From positions 4,347 through 68,346 of the forward strand of contig JBMNOG010000001.1 of the NCBI GenBank assembly GCA_050942955.1: a DNA stretch of 64,000 nt. Direction: 5' to 3'. The translations under genes and the position numbers were made by a program. Source of the DNA: Patescibacteria group bacterium. GTDB lineage: Bacteria > Patescibacteriota > Microgenomatia > UBA1400 > UBA1449. The notes beneath the pieces are model-generated. The model was not told the DNA's origin. It made no database searches and saw nothing but the letters and a program-made list of their open reading frames with translations. Shown piece by piece: positions 1 through 9,351 of this stretch. Position 1 is the first letter of the stretch. Each line of letters begins with the position of its first letter.

Positions 1-66
1 CATTAAGTCCGAAACAGGATAGAAACGATTACTTTAAGATAAGAAATATAGATGGCTTATTATTTT

Positions 67-148
67 GCCGCGGTGGCGGAATTGGTAGACGCGCACGGCT
101 TAGGACCGTGTGCCGAAAGGCTTGGAGGTTCAAGTCCTCTCCGCGGCA
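67..148 (+). tRNA. tRNA-Leu(TAG)
   Basis: GCCGCGG/CCGCGGC acceptor stem, D-loop GGAATTGGTAGAC, anticodon arm CACGG-CT TAG GA-CCGTG, long variable arm, GGTTCAAGTCC T-arm; CCA not encoded. Confidence 0.97.
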
Positions 149-326
149 CAAGAAATAATAACCCTTAAGCAATTTTCTACTTTTCTCTTCTGAAAGCCTG
201 GTTACGCATGTATATCCTATATTAATTTATTTTATGATATAATATATCTGTATTTAGGCATTTTTGTGCTTAAGTACTGCACTTTTAAAACCCTAGGCGT
301 CTCGTAAATCCAGAAAGGAGTCAGCG

Positions 327-862
327 ATGTTGTGCTGGAAGTGCGGTAAAGAAGTGACAGAAGATTTCCTCTTCTGCCCGACATGCGGGAAAGCCCAGCT
401 TTCCCCGGAGGAGGCCAATACCCTTGGCCTTGCTCACTTGCTCAGTCAGCTTCTTTCGCGTCGTGTTTCAGTAGCTGACCGCAATAAGTCTGAGCAGTTT
501 GTCAGACAAATTTGTGGTCAAGATTGGAAGCTCCAGGAAGAGCAAGGGAAATTGCTTTGCGTCCTGGAAAACCATTTTCATGTCGATCTTACATCTCCCA
601 CTCCAGAGCCGCCCCCCCCCAAGCCCTCGCTGCGAGTCCTGTTACCATTCCACCAATTAACCTGGATGAGCTGCGCAAGCGGTACCAAAACCGTCCATTT
701 CTCAAAATCTCAGAGTTGGCAAAACTCCTGGGACTTGAATATAAGGCGGTTTGGGGAATCGTAAGACAAGAAGTATTCGGGGCCAAGAAGGTGGGGGGCT
801 CATGGCGAATTCCCATTGAGGGAATTATTAATTACTTCGCCGCACAAGAAAAGGAGGCCTAG
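327..862 (+). CDS. Zinc-ribbon + excisionase-like HTH (HTH_17/MerR-like) protein, split over two frames at a C9 run (612-620)
   Basis: SD AAAGGAG before ATG 327; N-terminal CWKC...CPTC; the -1 frame after the C9 run encodes FLKISELAKLLGLEYKAVWGIVRQEVFGAKKVGGSWRIP; one extra C would give a 178-aa fusion. Confidence 0.7.
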
Positions 863-871
863 AAAAACAAC

Positions 872-946
872 ACCCTCTCCACTAAGAGGATCAAATTCTT
901 TGCTCCAAAGCGGAGTTTTTGAGTTTGATCCTCTTGTGGTTGGGGT
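872..946 (+). other. Long imperfect hairpin immediately upstream of the hammerhead
   Basis: CCAC(T)AAGAGGATCAAATTC (879-898) pairs with GAGTTTGATCCTCTTGTGG (921-939); inner GCTCC/GGAGT stem; ACCC/GGGT extension. Confidence 0.75.
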
Positions 947-949
947 TTA

Positions 950-1001
950 TGTGTCTATGGGTGCTACCCATACTGATGAGTCTTAAGAAAGACGAAACAC
1001 A
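950..1001 (+). ncRNA. Type III hammerhead ribozyme
   Basis: TGTGTC (GUC site, cleavage after C955), stem I TATGGGT-GCT-ACCCATA, core CTGATGA, stem II GTCTT-AAGA-AAGAC, GAA, then ACACA closing stem III; all consensus core nucleotides present. Confidence 0.92.
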
Positions 1002-1004
1002 ACT

Positions 1005-1832
1005 TTATAAGCCAACTAACTCCAACTCATCCTTTTTCCCAAACATTTCTCCCAAAAACATCCGTGCCATATCTGTATAGCGCTCGGGTAAATCTGTCAC
1101 AAAGTACTTGCGTTTACCATTTTTGCCAAGTTTTTTGTCAATTTCCGGATGGCGCTTAAGATAGTCGGCAAGTTTTTCGGCTACAATCGGCCCTTCGGAA
1201 ATAACGGTAACGTTTTTTCCTGCCCGTTTAGCAACTTTGCCAGCTACTAATCCATAGTGCGTACAGCCTAAAATGAGGCTATCAATCCTTTGTTTTAAGA
1301 GAGGTTTTAGGTACTCATCCAGAATTAAATCAAGAATTTGACCGTTACGGTTGCCTTCTTCGATATAAGGGACAAGAAGGGGGGAGGCATTTTGGAACAT
1401 CTCTACGTCGGGCGAGAGCTCTTTCACTTTTTTAATAAATCCTTGTGAAGCAACCGTTGCTCTCGTACCAATAAGCCCAATCCGTTTGTGGCCGTTACTT
1501 GTAACTGCTTCCAGGGTTGGTTGAATAACGCCTAATACCCGGCGAGTGGGGTAGTGTTTGGGTAAGTACTCTTTTTGGATCTTTGGCAAAGCAACAGCCG
1601 TCACCGTATTGCAAGCAAGGACAACAAGCTGGCAGTTTTGGGAAAAGAGGTAATCAACCGCTTTCTGGGTAAAGGAATAAATTAGTTCAGGCGAGCGGCT
1701 GCCGTAGGGAACTCTGGCATTGTCTCCCAGATATATATAGTCATACTGAGGTAAAAGCTTAACGATTTCTTTGAGAATCGCCAACCCGCCTAAACCTGAA
1801 TCAAAGATGCCGATACTACCTTTTGGGTTCAT
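1005..1832 (-). CDS. murI: Glutamate racemase
   Basis: IGIFDSGLGG, PYG, ACNT and LGCTHY motifs. Confidence 0.97.
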   Translation of the reverse strand: MNPKGSIGIFDSGLGGLAILKEIVKLLPQYDYIYLGDNARVPYGSRSPELIYSFTQKAVDYLFSQNCQLVVLACNTVTAVALPKIQKEYLPKHYPTRRVLGVIQPTLEAVTSNGHKRIGLIGTRATVASQGFIKKVKELSPDVEMFQNASPLLVPYIEEGNRNGQILDLILDEYLKPLLKQRIDSLILGCTHYGLVAGKVAKRAGKNVTVISEGPIVAEKLADYLKRHPEIDKKLGKNGKRKYFVTDLPERYTDMARMFLGEMFGKKDELELVGL

Positions 1833-1948
1833 ACGGACTATCTTACCCTAATCTCTTATGCTTTTGTAGCTTGTGAAAGCTTGGAATCGGCACGTATAAT
1901 ACATTTCATTGTTTAAATCAAGGAAAAATCTTTGTAGAATGGATACAT

Positions 1949-2971
1949 ATGAATTTAAGGTTGCCAGGAATCTTTAAGAAGCGCTGGTTCTGGTTTTTAT
2001 TTGTCTTAGTCTTCATTTTTGGGGGCTACTTTGCATGGCAGAATTCTCACAAGAAACAAAACGGTTTTGAAACATATGAAGTAAAAGCCATGGACCTTGA
2101 AAAAACTGTTACTGCTTCGGGTGGGATTACGGCTACAAACATAGCTTCTCTTAAGTTTCAAACAGGTGGGAGGCTTGCCTGGGTAGGAGTAAAGAAAGGG
2201 GATAGGGTCCGCAAGTGGCAGGCAATTGCAAGTTTAGATCAGCGTGAGCTTGAAAAAACCCTCAAAAAAACTCTGCTGGCTTATAACTCAACCAGAATGG
2301 ATTTTGACGAAACCAGCCAAACAACCTACAAAGATACAGCCCTAACTGAATCTATTGAAAGAATTTACCAAAAAAACCAGAATGCCCTGGATGCGGCAGT
2401 TGTTGATGTAGAATTGGCAGACCTTGCCAAACAATATGCCACTCTATATTCGCCGATCGATGGCATTGTAATTAAAGCAACAGACGAACATGCCGGGGTA
2501 AACATTTCTTTGGCTACAACTGAATATGTGGTCGTTGACCCAAACAGCTTGCAGTTTTCAGCCAATGTCGAGGAACTTGATATTGGTCTTATTACTGTTG
2601 GTCAAAGCGCTACAATTAACCTTGATGCGTTTCCTGAAAACTCCGTAGCCAGTAGCGTTGGTGAGATTGAGTTTACAGCTACCCAAACCACTACTGGTAA
2701 CACAGCGTTTACTGTTAACTTTCCCATTCCTGTAGATTCCCGCTATTTACTGGGAATGAATGGGGATGTCGAGGTTGTTGTTGACCGAAAATCAGGAGTT
2801 ATTGCAGTCCCCGTCGAAGCAGTCCGGGAAACAGAAACAGCTAGAACAGTAACAATTTTAAGAGAAGATAAAACGCAAGAAGAAGTAGTGATTACTACCG
2901 GCTTGGAAACCGATGAATACTTTGAGGTCACGGAAGGTTTGCAGGCTGGCGACACAATCATTCTTCCATAA
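1949..2971 (+). CDS. Efflux periplasmic adaptor / membrane fusion protein (MacA/HlyD-like)
   Basis: N-terminal TM; lipoyl half-motifs GRLAWVGVKKGDRV and SPIDGIV; C-terminal EVTEGLQAGD. Confidence 0.9.
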   Translation: MNLRLPGIFKKRWFWFLFVLVFIFGGYFAWQNSHKKQNGFETYEVKAMDLEKTVTASGGITATNIASLKFQTGGRLAWVGVKKGDRVRKWQAIASLDQRELEKTLKKTLLAYNSTRMDFDETSQTTYKDTALTESIERIYQKNQNALDAAVVDVELADLAKQYATLYSPIDGIVIKATDEHAGVNISLATTEYVVVDPNSLQFSANVEELDIGLITVGQSATINLDAFPENSVASSVGEIEFTATQTTTGNTAFTVNFPIPVDSRYLLGMNGDVEVVVDRKSGVIAVPVEAVRETETARTVTILREDKTQEEVVITTGLETDEYFEVTEGLQAGDTIILP

Positions 2972-2974
2972 CTC

Positions 2975-3658
2975 ATGACCCAAGCACTCCTTGAGATCAA
3001 GAATGTTTCAAAAATCTATAAGCTTGACGGCGTGTCTGTAAATGCGCTTCTGGATGTCAGTGTAGCAATTAATAAAGGTGAGTTTGTGTCTATTATGGGC
3101 CCATCGGGATCGGGAAAATCTACTCTCATGCACCTCATTGGCGCTCTTGACACTCCAACAGAAGGAGAGGTTTTTATTGACAATGAAAATATTGCCAAGC
3201 TTTCTGAGAGTGAGCTAGCCATAATCCGCAACCAAAAAATCGGTTTTGTCTTTCAGCAATTTAATTTACTTTCCAAAACCTCAGCTCTTCACAATGTAGA
3301 GGTACCTCTTATTTACGCAGGTGTCAGCGATGATAGGGAGCGGGAAGAAAAGGCCCGGAATATGTTAGTTAAAATAGGGCTAGGTGACAGACTTAAAAAC
3401 CACCCCAATCAGCTCTCTGGGGGCCAACAGCAGCGTGTAGCTATTGCCCGGGCACTGATTAACAAACCTACCATACTTCTAGCAGATGAACCAACCGGAA
3501 ATCTGGATTCTAAAACGGGTAAAGAAATTATGGCGCTATTTAAAGAACTTCATAAAGAGGGTAACACCATCGTTATGGTTACACATGAAGAAGATGTAGC
3601 TAAACATGCAAAGAGAATTATTTACATTAAAGACGGCAAAATAGTCAGTAAGCTATGA
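2975..3658 (+). CDS. MacB/LolD-type ABC transporter ATP-binding protein
   Basis: [35 protein letters not shown]. Confidence 0.95.
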   Translation: MTQALLEIKNVSKIYKLDGVSVNALLDVSVAINKGEFVSIMGPSGSGKSTLMHLIGALDTPTEGEVFIDNENIAKLSESELAIIRNQKIGFVFQQFNLLSKTSALHNVEVPLIYAGVSDDREREEKARNMLVKIGLGDRLKNHPNQLSGGQQQRVAIARALINKPTILLADEPTGNLDSKTGKEIMALFKELHKEGNTIVMVTHEEDVAKHAKRIIYIKDGKIVSKL

Positions 3659-4845
3659 TTATTTTTTCAGAAACACTGGAACTTGCATGGCAATCTTTGT
3701 GGCGAAATAAACTTCGTGCTTTTCTGACCATGCTTGGCATTATCATTGGAGTTGCTTCTGTTATTTTACTTATTTCTATTGGAGCCGGACTGAAAAGCTA
3801 CATTACTGGACAGTTTGAAAGTTTAGGCTCAAATCTCATCTATGTTTTGCCAGGCGATATCCAGGGAAGTGGACCAATGGGAATGCTGCCCAATTTAAGC
3901 GAAAACGATATTAGAGCCATTAAACGTATTGGTTATCCCATAAAAGACGCAAGTGGAAATTTTGAAACATTCATAAAGGCCCGTTATGGATCAGTAGAGA
4001 AAGCATTGCACTGTATGGGTGTTGATGAAGCCGCTATTGAGATGCTCAATTATAAAGCTGAAAGGGGAAGAGCTATAAACGATGTTGATGTCCAGAAAAC
4101 TGCCAGAGTTGCTTTTATTGGCCCAGGTGCCGCTGAAAAACTTTTTGAAAACGATAACCCTGTTGGCCGCACAATTCTTATTCAATCAACTAAATACAGG
4201 GTAGTGGGTGTTTTTGAGAGTAAGGGCGGAGGTATGAGTGTCGGTATGTCTGTTGATGACAGTGTTCTTATTCCAACAACAACAGCAAAAAAGCAGTTTA
4301 ATCAAGATAAGCTTTCTCAGGTCTTTGCCAGTGTTGCTACCAAAGAAGAGCTTGACAGCGCCAAAAATAAGGTCGAAAAAGTAATGCTCAAAAACTATGA
4401 TGAAGATGAGTTCTCAGTAGTCGGGCAGGAAGAGCTTCTTAGCACTGTTGACCAAATTTTAGGAGCTATGACTGCAGGGCTGGGAGGCATTGCGGCTATC
4501 TCTTTACTAGTAGGTGGCATTGGCATTATGAACATTATGTTTGTTACTGTCACCGAGAGAACCCGGGAAATTGGACTAAGAAAAGCTCTTGGAGCTCAAC
4601 CGAAAGATATTCTGGTTCAGTTTTTGATCGAATCAGTAACTCTAAGTCTTGTTGGCGGCAGTATTGGTATCCTCCTGGCAATGGGAGGATCAATGGTTTT
4701 AAGCAGTTTTTTTGCTTCTGAGATTACACTATCAGCAGTTCTTCTTGCTTTCACATTCTCTTCTGTTATTGGTGTTATCTTTGGCGTTGTTCCTGCTTGG
4801 AAAGCAGCCAAACTGGACCCAATCACAGCCTTGAGGTATGAGTAG
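3655..4845 (+). CDS. MacB/FtsX-type ABC transporter permease
   Basis: NKLRAFLTMLGIIIGV, GGIGIMNIMFVTVTERTREIGLRKALGA, C-terminal ALRYE. Confidence 0.95.
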   Translation: MIIFSETLELAWQSLWRNKLRAFLTMLGIIIGVASVILLISIGAGLKSYITGQFESLGSNLIYVLPGDIQGSGPMGMLPNLSENDIRAIKRIGYPIKDASGNFETFIKARYGSVEKALHCMGVDEAAIEMLNYKAERGRAINDVDVQKTARVAFIGPGAAEKLFENDNPVGRTILIQSTKYRVVGVFESKGGGMSVGMSVDDSVLIPTTTAKKQFNQDKLSQVFASVATKEELDSAKNKVEKVMLKNYDEDEFSVVGQEELLSTVDQILGAMTAGLGGIAAISLLVGGIGIMNIMFVTVTERTREIGLRKALGAQPKDILVQFLIESVTLSLVGGSIGILLAMGGSMVLSSFFASEITLSAVLLAFTFSSVIGVIFGVVPAWKAAKLDPITALRYE

Positions 4846-4920
4846 GCTAATTATAGGGTATAATACACTATCCAAATATTCCAAATGTTTACTAAGTAAC
4901 AAAGTATAAAGGAGCATTCT

Positions 4921-5838
4921 ATGGCAACAAAAGACACAAAAACTACAAAAAAAACTACTCAAAAAAAAGAAAACAAAGTAGTTGAATCAAAACTTAACTG
5001 GCTACCGAATAAAACATTTGAGCTCGAAGTTACTATCCCCTGGGAACTAGTAGCCAAAACATACGATGAGGTTCTGGAACGTACTGCTAAAAACCTCACC
5101 CTTAAAGGCTTTAGAAAAGGTAAAGCACCCAAGCAAATGGTAGAAAGCTATGTAGGTAAACAGAAGCTTTATGAACAAACAGCTCAAGAAATCGTTACCG
5201 AAAGTTATTTTCATGCTGTTAAACAACACAATTTGCGGCCAATTATGCACCCTAACATTACTCCGGTTTCAGTCGAGGAAAATAAAGACTGGAAAGTCAA
5301 AGCAGTTTCCTGTGAGGCACCAGAGGTAAAACTAGGAAATTATAAAGAAGCGATTAAGGGTCTTAAAGCTAAGAGTGCGATTTGGACACCTGAAAAAGGG
5401 AAGGTAGAAGAAAAGGATCAGAAAGCGGCTGGTCCAACAGTTGATCAAATTTTGGGAGAACTGCTTAACAGCGCAGAAATTGGAATCTCAGAGATGCTTT
5501 TAAATGCTGAAACTAACCGGATGTTAAGCAACCTCGTTGACCAAGTGAATGCAGTTGGAATGACTGTTCAGCAGTATTTGGAAGCCAACGGCAAAGAACA
5601 GAAACAATTACAACAGGAGTATCGAGCACTTGCCGAAAAATCTTTAAAGCTTGAATTTGCTATTGCAAAAGTTTCTGAGGAAAACCAGATTACCGTTACA
5701 GAAAAAGAGATCAGCGAGATGATTGAAAATACAAAAGATCCTAATGTCAGAAAGCAGCTTGAACAACCTGAACAAAAGAATTATCTGTCACTACTTATCC
5801 GGAAACAAAAGACGATTGACTTTCTAAAGAGCCTATAG
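4921..5838 (+). CDS. tig: Trigger factor, short form apparently lacking the FKBP PPIase domain
   Basis: Ribosome-binding motif GFRKGKAP; helical C-domain follows directly; 305 aa; GGAG SD. Confidence 0.88.
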   Translation: MATKDTKTTKKTTQKKENKVVESKLNWLPNKTFELEVTIPWELVAKTYDEVLERTAKNLTLKGFRKGKAPKQMVESYVGKQKLYEQTAQEIVTESYFHAVKQHNLRPIMHPNITPVSVEENKDWKVKAVSCEAPEVKLGNYKEAIKGLKAKSAIWTPEKGKVEEKDQKAAGPTVDQILGELLNSAEIGISEMLLNAETNRMLSNLVDQVNAVGMTVQQYLEANGKEQKQLQQEYRALAEKSLKLEFAIAKVSEENQITVTEKEISEMIENTKDPNVRKQLEQPEQKNYLSLLIRKQKTIDFLKSL

Positions 5839-5925
5839 TATATTTAACAGCTAAATAAACAGCTTTGCTTGCAAATTGGATCGTTTACTTATATAACAAA
5901 AATACAGCAAGTAGAGCAACATCGT

Positions 5926-6585
5926 ATGGATGACTTATTTAAGGCTCCCGGTCAGTTGAATACGGGTTCAGGCAAAAAGCAACAGACAAAACAATCTGCC
6001 AGTTTTCTTGAGGCTTTGCGTGAACAAGCAAAATCTGCAACCACTGGTGTGGCTAACTCAGCAGTAGATCAGTTACGCGGCGCTGTTCCAAATCAAGATA
6101 CAACTCCTAGCCACCAGTCAAATACTCAACCAGACGTAAATAGGCAGCCGTTTAATTTTGCTGAATTTTTGAAAATGCGGGAAAACCGCATCCGTCAGCA
6201 GGAAAGAACTCTTCAGCAGCAGCGCAGAACCGAAACCCTACTTTTTCACCAAAAGGAAGAGCAAACAAAAAAAGAAATTGAGGCCATAAAGGTGGAAATA
6301 AAAAAGATTATTGAATCAACAACTGATGTTTCTGCTGAGTTCATGGCTGCAGAACAGAGCTTGATGGCCACTACAGTTGAGGTAGGTACTTACCAAATCA
6401 ACTTCTTTCAAAGAATTAAGAGGATTTTAATTCTGGTTAGAAAACGTTTAACTGAGTCAAAACACTGGCTGGAAATGTTTAATTCCCGAAAAAATCAGCG
6501 CTCCTACTATTGGAATCAAGTTCAGAAGTCCGGCACCAAGTATATGCTCTCTCACGAAAGAACTGTTGCCACTCAAACCGGCTAA
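5926..6585 (+). CDS. Coiled-coil hypothetical protein (DUF5660-like)
   Basis: C-terminal YW...KSGTKYMLSHERTVATQTG resembles DUF5660 from memory; ATG 5926 preferred over TTG 5869. Confidence 0.65.
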   Translation: MDDLFKAPGQLNTGSGKKQQTKQSASFLEALREQAKSATTGVANSAVDQLRGAVPNQDTTPSHQSNTQPDVNRQPFNFAEFLKMRENRIRQQERTLQQQRRTETLLFHQKEEQTKKEIEAIKVEIKKIIESTTDVSAEFMAAEQSLMATTVEVGTYQINFFQRIKRILILVRKRLTESKHWLEMFNSRKNQRSYYWNQVQKSGTKYMLSHERTVATQTG

Positions 6586-6590
6586 AACTC

Positions 6591-8168
6591 CTATTGTACT
6601 CTAAACATTGTTTTTGGCAGAGCATATTTCTCAATCAATGTTTTATTTTTTTCATTTCGCTTCAGCATTACTAGACAATAATCATCAACAAATACCGGTT
6701 CCCAAAGATCGTCATTTATTCTCTTTACTAAAAAAGGCTGACCCCATGGAGTCATGTCATGCCGGTAATAGTAAATGACGTTAAAATTATATTTCTCGTC
6801 CATCTCCTGCCAGAAATTTTCGTCTTCCTGCATCTGGATATAGGTATCCTGCATAAACTCGGTGCTGTAAGCTTCCGGCCGATTATCAATAAATACCTTT
6901 TCCTCGGGGAACAAGTTAAAGATTAGATATCCGCCAACATCATAGTTGTTAAATATTGGTCCTTTAATCCCCACCCGTTTAAAAAACTGTGCTGATTTTT
7001 GAACTCCCGGCATCAAACCCAAACCTTGGTTTTTTACATAAGCTGAATAAATGTGGTCTTGTGTGCTAAAACTAAAAATTAACATAACAACCACCGCTAC
7101 CCCCCCAATTTGATAGACAATTCGCTTCACCTCAGAAGCCTTATTTATTAAATAGAGGTATATGTTTTCAGCAGCCAATGGAATAAAAAACAGTCCTAGT
7201 AGAGGAAAGTTACGAACCATATGAAAGGCTAAAGCGGTAAAAACAACTGCCAAAACTAAACGCAGCCAATATTTTCCAGGATTTGTTTTAATGAATGGAA
7301 TAAATGTAACAAAAAGAAACCCGGCCAACATTTCAACAACGATGTAGATAGGTAAATGAAATCTTTGCTGCATGAAAAAAACAGACTGGTTCTCAGCCAG
7401 TGTGTAACCATAGTTCATAAAAATGGTAAAAGGCACTAAAGCGCCACTAAATCCATAAGGATTCAGAAGGCAGGCAGTGCATACCACAGAAAGAAGAATA
7501 CCCAGACTCAACTTACTACTCTTTGAATTTTTAGACACAAAACTATCCAGCATAAATAAGCCTACTAGCATAATTCCAACAGGAAAGAGTATATGGAGGT
7601 TTACCCAAACTACTTGCAACAAAAATAGAAGCAAAATTACAGATAATGGAATTTTCCTACTCTTATACTTGTTAAGAAAATAGTAGAAAGCAGCAGCAAA
7701 TAAGTAGCTGAATATTTCCGGCCTAACCTCACGCCTTGATGTAAGTAGAGGTAATGCAAGAAGAGAAAGTAGTGATGCTAGGGTAAAATTAGCTTTGCTT
7801 TGCGCAGTTTTGAAGACTGTAAAAAAGGTTAGAACTCCGGTAAGCACATAGACTAAAGATAGTCCGGCAAACCCGGCATGTTTCCATATCAGGTAAAAAA
7901 GAGGGCCAGTTGCCCAGTGATGGTTAATGGTTTTATGATCAGGTTGAGTATATGAGTAGTAGTTGGTATCTATTGGTTTAAGATTATTTAAAAAGTACTC
8001 TCCGTTTTTAATGTGTCTTCCTAGATCAGCTGTAGTAAGATTTATTTTTTGAGAAAGCATCATGCCTACTAGAAGCAGTAGGCACATTAAAAAAGGAATC
8101 CTCAGCTCCCTGGTAAAGTTCTCCCAATCCAAGTTTTTGAATACCTTAGTTAAAGAAGCAGTCTGCAT
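6591..8168 (-). CDS. Polytopic membrane protein, GT-C-like glycosyltransferase candidate
   Basis: About 11-12 TM segments; DLGRHIKNGE, RPE, WVNLH and FIDNRPE motifs. Confidence 0.6.
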   Translation of the reverse strand: MQTASLTKVFKNLDWENFTRELRIPFLMCLLLLVGMMLSQKINLTTADLGRHIKNGEYFLNNLKPIDTNYYSYTQPDHKTINHHWATGPLFYLIWKHAGFAGLSLVYVLTGVLTFFTVFKTAQSKANFTLASLLSLLALPLLTSRREVRPEIFSYLFAAAFYYFLNKYKSRKIPLSVILLLFLLQVVWVNLHILFPVGIMLVGLFMLDSFVSKNSKSSKLSLGILLSVVCTACLLNPYGFSGALVPFTIFMNYGYTLAENQSVFFMQQRFHLPIYIVVEMLAGFLFVTFIPFIKTNPGKYWLRLVLAVVFTALAFHMVRNFPLLGLFFIPLAAENIYLYLINKASEVKRIVYQIGGVAVVVMLIFSFSTQDHIYSAYVKNQGLGLMPGVQKSAQFFKRVGIKGPIFNNYDVGGYLIFNLFPEEKVFIDNRPEAYSTEFMQDTYIQMQEDENFWQEMDEKYNFNVIYYYRHDMTPWGQPFLVKRINDDLWEPVFVDDYCLVMLKRNEKNKTLIEKYALPKTMFRVQ

Positions 8169-8180
8169 AGGCTTTAGAAG

Positions 8181-8444
8181 TTAATTCTGCTTTTTTCCAG
8201 TTTCAATTTTACCCTCAGTCATCGCCAAAAGTTTGCTTAGTTCTTCTGCAAATCGCTTGGCATGAATCCGGCTCATTCCCACTCTCGAAACAATCTTCAT
8301 TCGGTTTGTTCCTACACTTTGACACACATCCATGATAAGCCCATTCTGGTTAGTGCTCACTATGATGTTATCCGTATACAGAATTGGCGTAGTTTCAGGG
8401 TTAATATCAACGGAAATTGACGGCTTTGGTTTGTTCTCTACCAT
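8181..8444 (-). CDS. DUF3467-like small protein
   Basis: SD AGGAGG upstream of ATG 8444; ILYTDN...IVSRVGMSRIHAKRF pattern. Confidence 0.7.
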   Translation of the reverse strand: MVENKPKPSISVDINPETTPILYTDNIIVSTNQNGLIMDVCQSVGTNRMKIVSRVGMSRIHAKRFAEELSKLLAMTEGKIETGKKQN

Positions 8445-8490
8445 AATCCTCCTAAATAATTTATTACCTATACCATAGCAGACCCAAGTC

Positions 8491-9316
8491 TTACTCTGCA
8501 ATTCGAAACTTATCTTTCTCTTCTTCAGTTAGAAGTTCGTTTTTCATTTTCTTAAGTATCCTAGCTAGTCTTTCTTGAGATACTTTAATTAAATCAAGTA
8601 AATCTTTTTTGGGATTTACTGCTTTCGGTTAGTAGTCTGAGAATATATCCACGGATTTGTCTATCTGAACCAGTAAAAGGCGATTGGGACTTGTAGCTAG
8701 AACTCTTCTGTACAAGGTTGCCGACAGTCTTTTTAGCCTGGCACCATAGTCCACATGGGCGTAATACCAGATACGAGGATTGTTATAATCAAGTGTCTCT
8801 TCAATTAATTGAAGTATGTCTTTATCATTAACGTTTACGATAATTTTAAAGAAATAATGGATGTAAACTGTGCGAATGTTAGTTTCAATAACAACTGTAG
8901 GCTCGTTAAAGATAAAAGCCATGAGGGCGCAGACAGTGTATGACCTCCACTCCAGGCAACTGCTTTAGTTTCTCCAGTGTACGAGGTAGCTGTTCTGAGT
9001 ATTGTGAAACAACAGCTCTGACGGCTTCTCTAAGATAAAGAGCCCTGCGGTTATACCCCAATCCTTGCCAGTGTTTCAAAACAGTTTAAAGAGAAGCGCT
9101 CGCGAGAGATGTAAAGTCCGAAAACGTACTTAAAAACTCACAGTACTTAGGAATAACTCTATCTGCTTGTGTCTGCTGGAGCATAATTTCAGAAACAAAG
9201 ATTGCATAAAGGTCATGCGTATTTCTCCAGGGAAAATTTCTACCTTGTTCCTTATAAAATGAAGATATCTCTCTCTGAAAAGCTTTAACTTGTTTTTGTG
9301 ATAGGGTCATAGCCAC
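8491..9316 (-). pseudogene. mutY: MutY-like A/G-specific adenine glycosylase (HhH-GPD), disrupted
   Basis: FPWR, SEIMLQQTQ, WQGLGYNRRA, LPGV, VIETNIR and QSPFTGSDRQIRG motifs, interrupted by an in-frame TAA (9086-9088) and frameshifts near 8947, 8733 and 8607. Confidence 0.85.
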
Positions 9317-9351
9317 TTGATCCTGTCACAGTGAATTGCTATGGTGTATGT

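Noticed and set aside
27-66. 5'-half copy upstream of tRNA-Leu(TAG) (GAAATATAGATGGCTTA)
   Set aside because: Similarity is too short and AT-rich to separate from chance, and upstream context is cut off
150-1004. Complete integrative element at tRNA-Leu(TAG)
   Set aside because: No integrase and no duplicated tRNA 3' end downstream; at most a remnant or mini-cassette
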